Below, piece by piece: positions 9,507-19,905 of a stretch of 64,000 bases of DNA. Every line of letters begins with the position of its first letter. Positions within the stretch are counted from its first letter, which is position 1. Source of the DNA: an uncultured Candidatus Rokubacteria bacterium (GTDB taxonomy: Bacteria > Methylomirabilota > Methylomirabilia > Rokubacteriales > DASRDR01); assembly GCA_963805625.1 (NCBI GenBank), contig CAWDVE010000012.1, positions 96,001 to 160,000 of the forward strand. Direction: 5' to 3'. Made by a program: the position numbers and the translations under genes. Below the pieces are notes generated by a model that saw only the letters and a list, made by a program, of their open reading frames with translations, was not told the origin of the DNA and made no database searches.

Positions 9507-11486
9507 TCAGCAGTGGTTCGGGAGGGCCGGCGCGTGAAAGGCCGCATCCGCCACGCTAGAAGCCGCGTGGGCGCCGGGCGAGGCGACGACCGGGCGGGTT
9601 GCCGGAGCCCGCAGGACCTCGTGCTCCCAGAGCAGGAGACTGAGCAGGCTCCACAGCCGGAAGCCGTGATCCGCCACGCCGGACCGGTGGGCGCCCCAGA
9701 GAGCGGTCACGACGGGGTGTCGCAGGTCGACCAGGGCGGACGAGCCGGCCAACAGGTCATCCGTCATGTCCCGCAGCCCGCCCCGGAGCCAGTCGGAGAC
9801 CGGCGCGTTGAACCCGCTCTTCCGGCGCTTCAGCACGAAGGAGGGAAGCTTCCCGGCCATCGCCCGCTTCAGCACGACCTTCCTCCGGAGCCCGCGCATC
9901 TTCAAGGGAGCCGGCAGGCGCATGGTGAACTCGACGAGGTCCACGTCGAGGAACGGCACCCGCGCCTCGAGCCCGACGGCCATGCTGGCGCGGTCCACCT
10001 TCGTCAGGATGTCGCTCGCCAGCCAGGTGTTCAAGTCGACGTAGAGCGCACGGTCCAGGGGGTTCGCCGCTGCCGCGCGATCGTAGTACTCACGGTACGT
10101 CGCGAACGGGTCGTAGCCGTCAGCCGAGTGGCCGAGCAGGGCCGCGCGATCCGTCGGCTCGAAGAGGAGGCGCCAGCCGTAGTGCGCCTCTTCGGGGGCC
10201 CGGCCGGCATGCGCCACGAACTGCCGGATCTTGTAGCCAAGCCCCAGTTTCCGGCGCGAGATCCGGATCCAGCGCGACATGGGAAGGAGGAGCCGATGGT
10301 GGAGCGCCGCGGGCACGCGCCGGTAGAGGCGCTGGAGGCGGTCGGCGACGTACGTGTCGTAGCCGGCCAGGGTCTCGTCCGCTCCATCCCCGGTGAGCAC
10401 GACCTTGACGTGTTGCCGCGCCAGACGCGAGAGGAAATAGGTGGGGATGGTCGACGTGTCCCCCAGGGGCTCGTCGAGCTGGCGAGCGAGGGCCGGAAGG
10501 GTCGCCGCCACGTCGGCCGCGACGATCTCCGTGCGGTGCTCGGTGCCGAGGGCGGCGGCGACCCGGCGTGCGTGGTCCAGCTCGCTGTACGACGGCTCGA
10601 CGAAGCCCATGCTGAAGGTCCCGATGCGGTGCTTGCTGTGGGCCCGCATGTGGTACACGATCGTCGAGGAGTCGATCCCCCCGCTGAGAAACGCGCCCAC
10701 CGGGACGTCACTGACCATCTGCCGCGAGACGGCCTGGGCGAGAAGGGCCGAGTACTCCTCGACCTGCTCGCCCTCCGGCCGCGCGCGCCGCGAACCGTCC
10801 GCGGGGACCGGCGCCGGGTCCCAGAAGCGCTCGGTCCGGATTCGGCCGTCCTCCCAGAGAAGCGACGACCCCGGGGGAAGCCGCGACACGCCGCGAAGGA
10901 TGGTGCGAGAGCCGAGGACGTACCCGAGGGCCAGGTAGTCCGCGAGCCCCTCGGGCTGGACCTCGCGCGGGACGCAGGCGGCGCGCAGGATCGCCTTCAG
11001 CTCGGAGGCGAAGATCAGGCAGCCGTCCGGCCGGTGGTAGTAGAGGAGCGGCTTGACGCCGACGTGGTCGCGGGCGAGGAAGAGGCGGCGCTCCTTCGTG
11101 TCCCAGACGGCGAACGCGAAGATGCCTCGGAAGGCCTTCGGCGCCTGCGCGCCCCACTCGGCGACGGCCGCGAGGACGACTTCGGTGTCGGACGTCGTCC
11201 GGAACCGGTGGCCCCGAGCGGCGAGGTCGTGGCGAAGCTCGCGGTAGTTGTAGATCTCTCCGTTGTGGGTGATCCAGTACCGTCCGTCCATGTAGCTCAT
11301 CGGCTGCGCGCCGCCGCCAAGATCGATGATCGACAGCCGGCGGTGGCCGAGGCCCACGGCGCCGCTGCACCAGATCCCCTCCCCATCCGGGCCTCGCTGC
11401 CGGAGGACCGCGCACGCCTCGCGGAGAAACGGCTCCCCGAGCGCCGGCTCCTGGACTAGCGACGCGAACCCGACGATCCCGCACAT
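9507..11486 (-). CDS. asnB: Asparagine synthase (glutamine-hydrolysing) family amidotransferase
   Basis: MCGIVG Ntn start, HRRLSIID, NGEIYN, FLSGGIDSS, TGDGADE, KVDRASMAVGLEARVPFLD. Confidence 0.93.
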   Translation of the reverse strand: MCGIVGFASLVQEPALGEPFLREACAVLRQRGPDGEGIWCSGAVGLGHRRLSIIDLGGGAQPMSYMDGRYWITHNGEIYNYRELRHDLAARGHRFRTTSDTEVVLAAVAEWGAQAPKAFRGIFAFAVWDTKERRLFLARDHVGVKPLLYYHRPDGCLIFASELKAILRAACVPREVQPEGLADYLALGYVLGSRTILRGVSRLPPGSSLLWEDGRIRTERFWDPAPVPADGSRRARPEGEQVEEYSALLAQAVSRQMVSDVPVGAFLSGGIDSSTIVYHMRAHSKHRIGTFSMGFVEPSYSELDHARRVAAALGTEHRTEIVAADVAATLPALARQLDEPLGDTSTIPTYFLSRLARQHVKVVLTGDGADETLAGYDTYVADRLQRLYRRVPAALHHRLLLPMSRWIRISRRKLGLGYKIRQFVAHAGRAPEEAHYGWRLLFEPTDRAALLGHSADGYDPFATYREYYDRAAAANPLDRALYVDLNTWLASDILTKVDRASMAVGLEARVPFLDVDLVEFTMRLPAPLKMRGLRRKVVLKRAMAGKLPSFVLKRRKSGFNAPVSDWLRGGLRDMTDDLLAGSSALVDLRHPVVTALWGAHRSGVADHGFRLWSLLSLLLWEHEVLRAPATRPVVASPGAHAASSVADAAFHAPALPNHC

Positions 11487-11867
11487 GAACGGTGACGCCC
11501 TGTTGGCCTGCAGTTCACAATCATGATAGCCGAATGGCCCCGCGGAGCCCGCGAGAACCATCGCACGCTCGGCGCCGTCGGATCAAGACCGGGAGGGCAT
11601 CAGGGCCAGGAGCGGCCGGGTACCGCCGCGTGCCCGCCCTCGAGGGCGGCGGTAGCTACCCGGGCGCTACGCGCCTGGCGACGTGTCGATGCAGGCTCGG
11701 CGGGCGAGAGCGGGCGGCCTCCTCGCGGCGCGTGACCGTCCGACCTCCCCGACGCCGGCCGAGTCAGTGTTCGCGCTTAGGTCGACCATCGGTCCGCACG
11801 GCGACATCCCTGGACGCGCACCAACGGCATCCGGGTCGAGTCGGCGGACGACGAGCTGTTCCGGACG

Positions 11868-11997
11868 ATGCGCCGCGCCGGATGCTACCGCGTCTCGTTC
11901 GGCTTCGAGTCGCGTAACGACGAGGTGCTCCGCACGTTCGGTAAGGGCGGCCGGGCCAGCATCGAGAAGGGGCGAGAGGCGGTGCGCATGGCCCGCG
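11868..11997 (+). pseudogene. Fragment of a B12-binding radical SAM protein
   Basis: MRRAGCYRVSFGFESRNDEVL...GK matches the radical SAM core. No cluster motif or remainder of the gene is present. Confidence 0.55.
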
Positions 11998-12192
11998 TTC
12001 GGACGGATGCCGGTCGCTTTACGGCAGGGCCAAGCTCGAGGTCGAGAGAGTCACGCTTGCCCACGGCGCGCTAGTTAGTGGTGCCGCCCGGCCTGATCTA
12101 CGGCGACGGCGTGGACGGAATGGTCGGTCGGCTCGTCGAAACGATCCGTCATGAGGCTCGCGCTCCCGACGCGGTACCCTTGACACCGACAC

Positions 12193-13695
12193 TTAGGCGT
12201 CCGGCAACCGCGACCCGCGACCGATGTCGGGCTGATCCGAACGACCCGCGCCGATGGCCTCCGTCGCTCGCGGCCGCCGAGTCCGCAACGATCTCGCGAG
12301 GACGCTCGCCGCCACGATCGCGACGGGGAATACCGTCAGTCCGTGTCGAGGCTCAAAGGGCGACAGGAGCGCATGGAACATGACGAGCCCGAACGCGGGC
12401 AGGCAGAACATCAGGAACTCGTCATGCCGGCCCCAGAGCGCCCATCCGAGGCCCGCCACGAGCACCGGAAACGTGAGTATGGCGCCTCGCCAGAGGAACG
12501 GGACCGTCATCGCTAGGCTTTCGAGCGGATGTGCTCGCATGTGCGCCAGCGCACGTCGCATCAACATCTCATCGGCAGCCAGACGGGAGTGCGCCACGCC
12601 CGCGGCAGCGAGTTGCCGGTCCACCATCGTCAGTTCCGCGATACTCCGGTAGAAGTACGACACCGCGTCCTGGGGACGGCCCTGGAACATGGCCGCTCGG
12701 TCTTGCGCCAGGAAGCCTGAATCGGCGAACGTACTGAGCTGCTCCAGCCGCCCGCCCCGCCGGAGATCCGCTGGGCCAAAGCCTGTCACGGCTCCGATCG
12801 CCGGCCTCAATACGCTGGGCGCCCACGCGTAGAACGACCCGCGAACCTGAGACGGCCAGATCCCCTCGCTCATCACAGCTCGCATCCACAGGGCCATTCC
12901 GCCGCGATCGCTGATGCCGAGTCTCCCGAACGTCTGGTAGTTGCGGAGCAGCCAGGGTGCCACTACAACCCCGCAGCCGAGAACGAGCATGGCGACTCCC
13001 GCAACGTCTCGGCGGAGCGCCACGCGCCGGAGGCGCGCTGCCCAGAGCACGGCCACCGCGACGACCAACCCCCCAAACACGTACAGCGCCGCTGCCTTGA
13101 TCAGGGCCACAACACCGAAGCTGATGCCCACCAGGCCCATACGGTCCCACCTGGGTCGGGACACTCCGCGGGCGATGAGCAACGACCCGAGCATCAACAT
13201 CGCCGCGGCGGGAATCTCAGTATACAGGGAGTCGACGCCCCACGCCCTCGTGGGTCCCTGAAAGAAGACCGCCTGCGTGAGGATGGCGCCGCCGATCGCC
13301 AAGACCGTCGAGCCGGTGAATGCCGTGATCGTAATGTACGTGACGACGCACAGCAGGAGCAGCCAGAGAACATTCTGAGACTTGATCCATCGCGCCCGTT
13401 CGCCCCCGAGATACGCTGCGAGCTCGGCTCTCCCCGTCACGGCGTCGACGACTGCGACCATCACTGCATCAGTCAGAACGGGCAGAGGCTCCCGATACAT
13501 CGACGGCGCATAGGGGGGCGCCACGTCGAGCGACATCACGCCGCCGTGCACGAGACTGACCGCCATGCGCAACGTATCGTAGGCGTCGCAGCACACGGGC
13601 GATCCGGTCAAACGGGTGCTCCAGAACCAGCACAGGATCAATGCCACCAGGACGGCGACCCGATGTGGTCGCGCACGGGACAGCCACTCTCTCAC
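12193..13695 (-). CDS. GT-C-like polytopic membrane protein
   Basis: YREPLP, LYTEIP, APWLLRNY and EPRH motifs, many TM helices, GGAGG RBS before GTG. Confidence 0.7.
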   Translation of the reverse strand: MREWLSRARPHRVAVLVALILCWFWSTRLTGSPVCCDAYDTLRMAVSLVHGGVMSLDVAPPYAPSMYREPLPVLTDAVMVAVVDAVTGRAELAAYLGGERARWIKSQNVLWLLLLCVVTYITITAFTGSTVLAIGGAILTQAVFFQGPTRAWGVDSLYTEIPAAAMLMLGSLLIARGVSRPRWDRMGLVGISFGVVALIKAAALYVFGGLVVAVAVLWAARLRRVALRRDVAGVAMLVLGCGVVVAPWLLRNYQTFGRLGISDRGGMALWMRAVMSEGIWPSQVRGSFYAWAPSVLRPAIGAVTGFGPADLRRGGRLEQLSTFADSGFLAQDRAAMFQGRPQDAVSYFYRSIAELTMVDRQLAAAGVAHSRLAADEMLMRRALAHMRAHPLESLAMTVPFLWRGAILTFPVLVAGLGWALWGRHDEFLMFCLPAFGLVMFHALLSPFEPRHGLTVFPVAIVAASVLARSLRTRRPRATEAIGAGRSDQPDIGRGSRLPDA

Positions 13696-13980
13696 CCCCT
13701 GCCTCCCGGTGGGCAGGTGGTTCGAGGCTGCGCGGCGGAACGGGCGGGCCCCGAGTCCGTCCGCATCTCGGTCGAGCCACCCGCATCGACTGCGGCGCCG
13801 TCCCGGTCGGACGCACCGCCCGGGACGAGAGCCGCCCCTGGGGTGTCGATCGGCACCGTCACGAGCAGCCGGCCTCCCGGCTTCAGCACCCGCCGGAACT
13901 CGACGAACGCCGCCTGCGGGCCGGCTTCGTCATGCTCGATCACTCTCCATGAGAGCACAGCGTCGAACCGTTCGCTGGTA
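13692..13980 (-). pseudogene. SAM-dependent methyltransferase 3' fragment
   Basis: FDAVLSWRVIEH...EFRRVLKPGGRLLVTVP (Methyltransf_11 C-terminal motif). The N-terminus is missing. Confidence 0.6.
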
Positions 13981-14061
13981 GACTCGGGACTCCGTCAGGC
14001 GGAAGCTGGATGCGAAATTCTCTTCCCACCGCACCGGATTGCGGTGGTGGATCGGCAGTCC

Positions 14062-14435
14062 TTATACATGGGCCGGTGGCATCGTCGGGCAGGGCTGGTC
14101 GAGGAACATGCGGTGCCAGAGCTCGACCATGAGGAACGTCCACTGGAGGCCGTGCTCCTGGACGAACCCCTCCTGGACCGGGTCGAGCTTGCCATCCTGC
14201 TCGAGCCCCTCGACCGTCATGACGGTCCGGCGTCGGCCTGGACGGCGAAGACCGTGCACGACTTCACCGGCCGGCCGTCGAGGAGGATCGTGCAGGCCCC
14301 GCAGTGCGTCGTGTCGCACCCGCTGTGCGTCCCGGTGAGGCGGAACATCTCCCGGATCAGGTGGGCCAGGAGCAGCCGGGGCTCGACGCCGGCGTCGCGC
14401 GCCGCTCGCCGTTGATCGTGACGCCCACGCGTATC
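14062..14435 (-). pseudogene. Truncated, frameshifted CoxS-type [2Fe-2S] subunit fused to an AsnB C-terminal fragment
   Basis: Across frames: VTING...[12 protein letters not shown]...[15 protein letters not shown]...[12 protein letters not shown]...TVEGL...QEHGLQ, then WTFLMVELWHRMFLD instead of CGFCTPG. Confidence 0.75.
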
Positions 14436-14511
14436 CGGGCCTCCTTCCAGCCTGATGGCCAGTCACGACGACCGATCGCAACACCGCCGGCCGCGGCCGG
14501 CGCGCCGCTGT

Positions 14512-15387
14512 TCAGTGAGCCGTGCCGGCGCGCTCCAGCGCGCGGCGAATCGCCCGGACCGTGAGCACCCGTACCAGGTCGCGCTTGTACGCCACCGATC
14601 CGCGCAGATCCTCTGACGGATCGCTCTCGTCGGCCGCCGCCCGGGCGGCCTCCCGGATGGCCGCGTCGTCGGGACGGCGCCCCTGTAGAAGCGCCTCCGC
14701 CCGCCGCGCCTTGATCGGCGTCGGCCCCACGTTGGTGAGCCCGATCCCCACGTGCGCACACGTCCCGCCGTCGCCGAGCGTGAGCTGGACGGCGACCGCC
14801 GCCGTCGCGAAGTCCCCGACCTTCCGCTCCATCTTGAGATAGGCCCCGCCGGACCGCGGGGGCGGGAGCGGGACACGGATCTCCGTGAGGATCTCGCCCG
14901 GCGCGAGGGCGGTCTCGAGGGGTCCCGTGAAGAACCCGGCGACCGGGAGGCGCCGCGACCCTTTCGGCCCGACCGCCACCACCTCCGCCCCGAGCGCCAG
15001 CATCGCGGCGGGGTGGTCGTTGGCGGGGTCTCCGTGAGCGAGGTTCCCCCCGACCGTGGCCAGGTTGCGGACGAGCGGGTCGGCGATCACCCGGCAGGCA
15101 TCCTCAAGGACGGGGAATCGCCGCCGGACCAGGTCGGATGCCTCGAGCTCCGACTCGCGAACGAGAGCCCCGATGACGAGCGCGCCGTCCCGCTCGGCGA
15201 TCGACCCGAGCCCGGTGATCCGGTTGAGGTCGACCACGTGGCGCGGGGACGCGAGGCGGAGCTTCATCAGGGGGATGAGGCTCTGACCGCCCGCGAGGAC
15301 CTTCGCGTCGCCACCGAGCCGGCCGAGCAGCGCGATGGCGTCCTGGAGGGTGGACGGGCGGTGATACTCGAAGGCCGCAGGAATCAT
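14512..15387 (-). CDS. coxM: CoxM/CutM-type FAD-binding subunit of a molybdenum hydroxylase (CO dehydrogenase medium chain family)
   Basis: MIPAAFEYHRP, LAGGQSLIPLMKLR, VRNLATVGGNLAHGDP, DLRGSVAYK. Confidence 0.88.
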   Translation of the reverse strand: MIPAAFEYHRPSTLQDAIALLGRLGGDAKVLAGGQSLIPLMKLRLASPRHVVDLNRITGLGSIAERDGALVIGALVRESELEASDLVRRRFPVLEDACRVIADPLVRNLATVGGNLAHGDPANDHPAAMLALGAEVVAVGPKGSRRLPVAGFFTGPLETALAPGEILTEIRVPLPPPRSGGAYLKMERKVGDFATAAVAVQLTLGDGGTCAHVGIGLTNVGPTPIKARRAEALLQGRRPDDAAIREAARAAADESDPSEDLRGSVAYKRDLVRVLTVRAIRRALERAGTAH

Positions 15388-15556
15388 GCTCGTCCTCCCA
15401 GCGCAGGGAATCAGTAGACCGGGGGCGAAGCTGATGGCCGCCCGATACTAGGAGCCACCCCGGGGCCTGTCAAGGGAAGGCTGGGGCGGGCGAGCCGAGC
15501 CGGCTCCCCGCCTTCCCGCCGGTCTCGGCCGGGGATCCTGGACCTCGCGCGGAATG

Positions 15557-16765
15557 TCAGACGATGGGCAACTCGGCCGGCGCCCGGCGTGTGAGGAGCT
15601 CGCACCCCGTCGGCGTCACGACGACGTTTTCCTCGTGCACCATCAGCCGACGCGCCATCCCGGCCAGGCCGGGCAGGGTGAGACTCGGCTCGAGGGTGAT
15701 GACCATCCCCGCCTCGAGGAACGTTCGGTCGTCGGGCGTGAGGGAGGGCGCCTCGGTGAGGTCGAGGCCGAGGCCGTGCCCCATCCGGCCGACCGGGGTG
15801 TCCGCGCGGCCGGCCGGATCGGCCACGGTCGCCATCGCGCGCCACACCTCGGCCGCCGTCCGCCCGGGCCGCACGGCCGCGAGGCCGGCCTCGGTCGCCT
15901 CGAAAACGCGCGCGTAGGCCGCCCGCGTCTCGTCGGTCGCGCGGCCCAGCGCGAAGTTCCGGTCGAAGTCACAGAAGTAGCCCCGCCAGGTCGCACCGAC
16001 GTCGATGATCAAGAGGTCTCCGGCCTCGAGCCGCCGGTCGGTCGGGCCCATGTTGATCTGCTGGTAGCCGTGGGTGCCCGACACCGGGACGAGGTACGGC
16101 ACCGTGTCGGCCCCGAGCTCGACGAGGAGGCCGTGGAGGACGCGCGCGACGTCGCGCTCGGTCAGCCCGGGCCGGAGCTGCGGCGCCAGCCGGGCGAACG
16201 CCTCGCTGGCGATCTCGGCGATCCGTCGCATGTGGGCGATCTCGGGTGCGCTCTTGACCATGCGCACCGGCCGGATCACCGGGCCGGCGTCGAGGAGCGG
16301 GCCGGCCAGCGTCTCGCGGATCCGCAGGAAGTCGGCGATCGGCATCTGAACCCGCATCTCGGGACCGATCTCCGCGGCGACGCGGCCGCCTGGGCCCGCG
16401 AGACTCCGAAGCGCGTCGATGACCAGGCTCACGCCGTCGTCCGCCGGGCGAGGCGCCGGCCAGGCGCGCACGTCCTCGAGCCACGTCGTCGCGCGGATAC
16501 CGGCCACGTTGCTCGTCGGCACGACAGCCACCGGCGCGCCCTCGACTGGGAGCAGCACGTAGCGCGGGCGGGTCGGGCTCACCCACGTCTGGCTGTGGAA
16601 ACCCGTGAGGTACCGGATGTTCTTCTCCGCGGTGAGGAACAGGCAGTCGACGCCGGCGTCGACCATCCGGCGCCGGACGCTCTCGACGCGGCGGCGGTAC
16701 TCCGCCGGCGGGAACTCCCAGCCGTGCTCGGCGGGAAGCTGATCGAGCCGGCCCCAGCTATTCAT
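15557..16765 (-). CDS. M24 Xaa-Pro peptidase family protein
   Basis: Creatinase-like N-domain (NIRYLTGF), RMVKSAPEI, IDVGA...CDFDR, GHGLG, ITLEP, HEENV. Confidence 0.88.
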   Translation of the reverse strand: MNSWGRLDQLPAEHGWEFPPAEYRRRVESVRRRMVDAGVDCLFLTAEKNIRYLTGFHSQTWVSPTRPRYVLLPVEGAPVAVVPTSNVAGIRATTWLEDVRAWPAPRPADDGVSLVIDALRSLAGPGGRVAAEIGPEMRVQMPIADFLRIRETLAGPLLDAGPVIRPVRMVKSAPEIAHMRRIAEIASEAFARLAPQLRPGLTERDVARVLHGLLVELGADTVPYLVPVSGTHGYQQINMGPTDRRLEAGDLLIIDVGATWRGYFCDFDRNFALGRATDETRAAYARVFEATEAGLAAVRPGRTAAEVWRAMATVADPAGRADTPVGRMGHGLGLDLTEAPSLTPDDRTFLEAGMVITLEPSLTLPGLAGMARRLMVHEENVVVTPTGCELLTRRAPAELPIV

Positions 16766-16921
16766 GCCTCGCGCTTTCGATGCCCCACCCGGCCCCTCGC
16801 CACGTACATGGCCCTTCCCTCCTTGCGGACCTCTGGCCAGGATGCTACGGTCTCCGCGTTACCTCATCCAACCACAGGGGAGCTCCGAGAGTCGCTCCCA
16901 CGTGATCCGGGAGCCGCCCCG

Positions 16922-18118
16922 ATGGTGCCGAAGCCGGCCTCGATTGAGGCCCCCGTTCCCTTCGACCTCGTGATCCATGCGGGGCGAGTGGTCTGTCCGG
17001 CGACGGGGCTCGACGGCCCCGGGGCCGTCGCCATCGTCGGCGGCCGGATTGCGGCGGCCGGGCCGGGGGTCGGCGGGCTGGCCCGCGAGGAGCTGCGGCT
17101 GCCGGACGCCGTCCTCCTCCCCGGGCTGGTGGACCTCCACGCCCATCCCGCCCGCGGCGAGTCGCGGTACGGCGTCGATCCCGACGTCCACCTCCTCCCC
17201 TTCGGCACGACGACCGTGCTCGCCCAGGGCGAAGCCGGCGCCCTGAACCTGGCACGCTACCTCGACGTCGTGATCGCACGCTCGCTGACGCGGGTCCGGC
17301 TCGCCATCAACCTGTCCCGGCGGGGCGAGGCGACGCCCGGGGGGAGCTGCGAGGTCCGAGAGGACGTCGACGGGGCGGCCTGCGCGGGCGCGGTGCGGGC
17401 GGCCGCGCGGAACGGTGGGCGCGCGATCTGGGGGATCGCCGTCAACCTGAGCCGCAATACATGCGGCCCCACCGACCCGCGGGCCGTCATGGCCGAGGGC
17501 CTCGCGGCCGCGAATGACACGGGACTCCCGCTCCTCTTCGGGCCCCGGCGGGACGACGACTGGGCGCTCAAGGAGCAGCTCGCCCTCCTCCGGCCGGGTG
17601 ACGTGGTCACCTACTGCTTCAGCGACTGCCCAGAGGGCCTCCTCGCCGACGGTCGGGTTCGGGACGAGGTCTGGGCGGCCCGCGAGCGGGGCATCCACTT
17701 CGACGTGGGTCACGGGATGGGCTCGTTCAGCTTCAGGGTGGCGGAGCCGGCCATCGCGGAGGGCTTTCTCCCGGACGCGATCTCGACGGACCGGTACCAG
17801 CGGCACCTCGCGCTCTCGCCGCGCCACGACCTGCCCCGGACGCTCTCGAAGCTCCTCGCGGCGGGCATGACGGAGCGAGACGCCTTCCTGCGGGTGACAG
17901 CGCGGCCGGCGGCGATTCTCGGCCTCGGCGACGAGGCGGGCACGCTCGCGCCCGGGGCGTGCGCGGACCTGGCAGTGCTCGCCTGGAATCCCGCCGCGCC
18001 CCCTCTCCGCGACACGAGCGGGGCGGAGCGGCCGGGCGGCGTCTGGGAGCCCGTTCTGACCGTGCGCGCCGGCGCCCTGATCCGCCCCTCGCCGGAGCGG
18101 GCGGGGGCTCTCGCATGA
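16922..18118 (+). CDS. Amidohydrolase/deacetylase family metallohydrolase (dihydroorotase-like)
   Basis: PGLVDLHAH, FDVGHGMGSFSF, PDAISTD, ADLAVL. This is the C-terminal part of ORF 15554-18118; start placed after GGGAG. Confidence 0.82.
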   Translation: MVPKPASIEAPVPFDLVIHAGRVVCPATGLDGPGAVAIVGGRIAAAGPGVGGLAREELRLPDAVLLPGLVDLHAHPARGESRYGVDPDVHLLPFGTTTVLAQGEAGALNLARYLDVVIARSLTRVRLAINLSRRGEATPGGSCEVREDVDGAACAGAVRAAARNGGRAIWGIAVNLSRNTCGPTDPRAVMAEGLAAANDTGLPLLFGPRRDDDWALKEQLALLRPGDVVTYCFSDCPEGLLADGRVRDEVWAARERGIHFDVGHGMGSFSFRVAEPAIAEGFLPDAISTDRYQRHLALSPRHDLPRTLSKLLAAGMTERDAFLRVTARPAAILGLGDEAGTLAPGACADLAVLAWNPAAPPLRDTSGAERPGGVWEPVLTVRAGALIRPSPERAGALA

Positions 18119-19011
18119 CGCCGTCGCGTTGGGACCACCTGAAGAACGACCAGACGGTGCTCGCCGCCCTCTTCCTGCTGCCGACGCTCCTCGTCCTCCT
18201 GGCCGTGGTCGTGTACCCGTTCTGCTCCGCCGTCTGGATCAGCTTCCAGGCCAAGCAGGCGGGGACGCCCGGGCGCTTCATCGGGCTCCAGAACTACGCC
18301 GAGCTGCTCGGCAACCAGGTCTTCTTCCAGATCGTCGGGAACACGATCTTCTACACGGGAATCGCCGTCGCCATCAAGTTCGCGCTCGGGCTCCTGGCGG
18401 CGCTCGTGCTCGCCCCCGAGCGCCGGCTCAACGGCCTTTACCGCACCGTCCTGTTCGTTCCCTGGGCGGTGCCAACGGTGATCGCCGCGCTCAACTGGCG
18501 CTGGGTCTACGACGAGTTCAGCGGCATGCTGAACAACGTGCTCCTCGCCCTCGGGCTCACGCAGAACGTCGTCGCCTGGCTGGCCGAGCCCCGGCTCGCG
18601 ATGTGGTGCGTGATCGCCGTCGCGGTGTGGACGGGGACCCCGTTCTACACGATGAGCTTCCTGGCGGGGCTCCAGGCCATCCCCAAGGAGCTCTACGAGG
18701 CCGCGCGGCTGGACGGCGCGTCCACGCTCCAGGAGTTCCTCCACGTGACCGTGCCTGGGATGCAGGCGATCTTCCTCATCACCGTCATGCTGTCGACCGT
18801 CTTCACCTCGACGAGCCTCGTGATCGTCAACGTCCTCACGAACGGCGCGCCGGCCGAGCGCACCAACATCCTGCCCAACTTCTCCTTCAACCTGGCCATG
18901 GGCACCGGCCGGCTCGGGATCGCGTCGGCCGTCAACATGATCTTCTTCCCGCTCCTCATCCTCGTCATCCTCGGGCTCAGCCGGCGGCTTCTGGCCGCGC
19001 GCGCGAGCTGA
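18115..19011 (+). CDS. Carbohydrate ABC transporter permease
   Basis: FIGLQNY and LAGLQAIPKELYEAARLDGAS (EAA motif). ATGA overlap with the upstream gene. Confidence 0.92.
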   Translation: MTPSRWDHLKNDQTVLAALFLLPTLLVLLAVVVYPFCSAVWISFQAKQAGTPGRFIGLQNYAELLGNQVFFQIVGNTIFYTGIAVAIKFALGLLAALVLAPERRLNGLYRTVLFVPWAVPTVIAALNWRWVYDEFSGMLNNVLLALGLTQNVVAWLAEPRLAMWCVIAVAVWTGTPFYTMSFLAGLQAIPKELYEAARLDGASTLQEFLHVTVPGMQAIFLITVMLSTVFTSTSLVIVNVLTNGAPAERTNILPNFSFNLAMGTGRLGIASAVNMIFFPLLILVILGLSRRLLAARAS

Positions 19012-19015
19012 CGGC

Positions 19016-19867
19016 ATGGCGGCGACGGCGAGCATGCGCGGGCTCCGGCGCGTGAGGGCGCTCGCCGCCTATGTCGTGCTCGCGATCCTGGCGGTGTGGA
19101 CGCTCGGCCCGCTCTACTGGATGGTCACGACCTCGCTCAAGACCAACCGAGAGGTCTACGGCACCTCGGCGACCCTGTGGCCGCGCGAGCCGACCCTGGC
19201 AAACTACCGGGTCCTGTTCACCAAGACGCCCTTCGCTGTCTACTTCCAGAACAGCACGGTCATCGCGCTGGCCACGACCGCCGTGACCGTCTTCACGAGC
19301 GCCTTCGGCGCCTATGCCCTCGTCCGCCTGCGTTTCCCGGGCCGCCGGCTCCTCGCGCGGGCCCTCGTCTACACGTACCTCGTGCCGCAGTCGCTCCTGT
19401 TCATTCCGCTCTTCACGATCCTGGTCAACACGGGGTTGTCGAACACGCGCACCGGGCTCGTCCTCACGTACCTCGGGTTCACGGTGCCCTTCTGCACCTG
19501 GCTCCTCATGGGGTACTTCCTGTCGGTGCCGGTGGAATTGGAGGAGGCCGGGCTCGTGGACGGCTGCAGCCGTCTCGGCGTGCTCTTCCGGATCGTGATG
19601 CCGGTCACCTTGCCGGCCCTCGCGGTGACGGCCTTCTTCTCGTTCACGCTGTCGTGGAACGAGTACCTCTACGCCTCGGTCTTCGTCTCCGACGTGAACG
19701 CCAAGACCATTCCCACCGGCATCCCGAGCTTCATCATCGAGGACGTCTTCTTCTGGGGACCGATGATGGCGTCGACCGTGCTGAGCGTGATCCCCCCGCT
19801 CGCCGTGTACTTCATCTTCCAGCGCTGGTTGCTCACCGGGCTCACCCTGGGCGCCGTCAAGGGCTGA
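19016..19867 (+). CDS. Carbohydrate ABC transporter permease
   Basis: VPVELEEAGLVDG EAA motif, SWNEYL, GAVKG end. Confidence 0.92.
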   Translation: MAATASMRGLRRVRALAAYVVLAILAVWTLGPLYWMVTTSLKTNREVYGTSATLWPREPTLANYRVLFTKTPFAVYFQNSTVIALATTAVTVFTSAFGAYALVRLRFPGRRLLARALVYTYLVPQSLLFIPLFTILVNTGLSNTRTGLVLTYLGFTVPFCTWLLMGYFLSVPVELEEAGLVDGCSRLGVLFRIVMPVTLPALAVTAFFSFTLSWNEYLYASVFVSDVNAKTIPTGIPSFIIEDVFFWGPMMASTVLSVIPPLAVYFIFQRWLLTGLTLGAVKG

Positions 19868-19905
19868 CGCCGCCCCGATCCTGAACTCCTGACGCGGAGG
19901 ACACT

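Noticed and set aside
8394-11459. 1021-aa plus-strand ORF, and similar long ORFs such as 19669-22218, 24163-26316 and 57019-58497
   Set aside because: Antisense shadows of well-supported genes in high-GC DNA, with no motifs of their own.
15554-16921. N-terminal extension making an 854-aa amidohydrolase fusion
   Set aside because: The extension is antisense to the M24 peptidase; homology begins near 16922.
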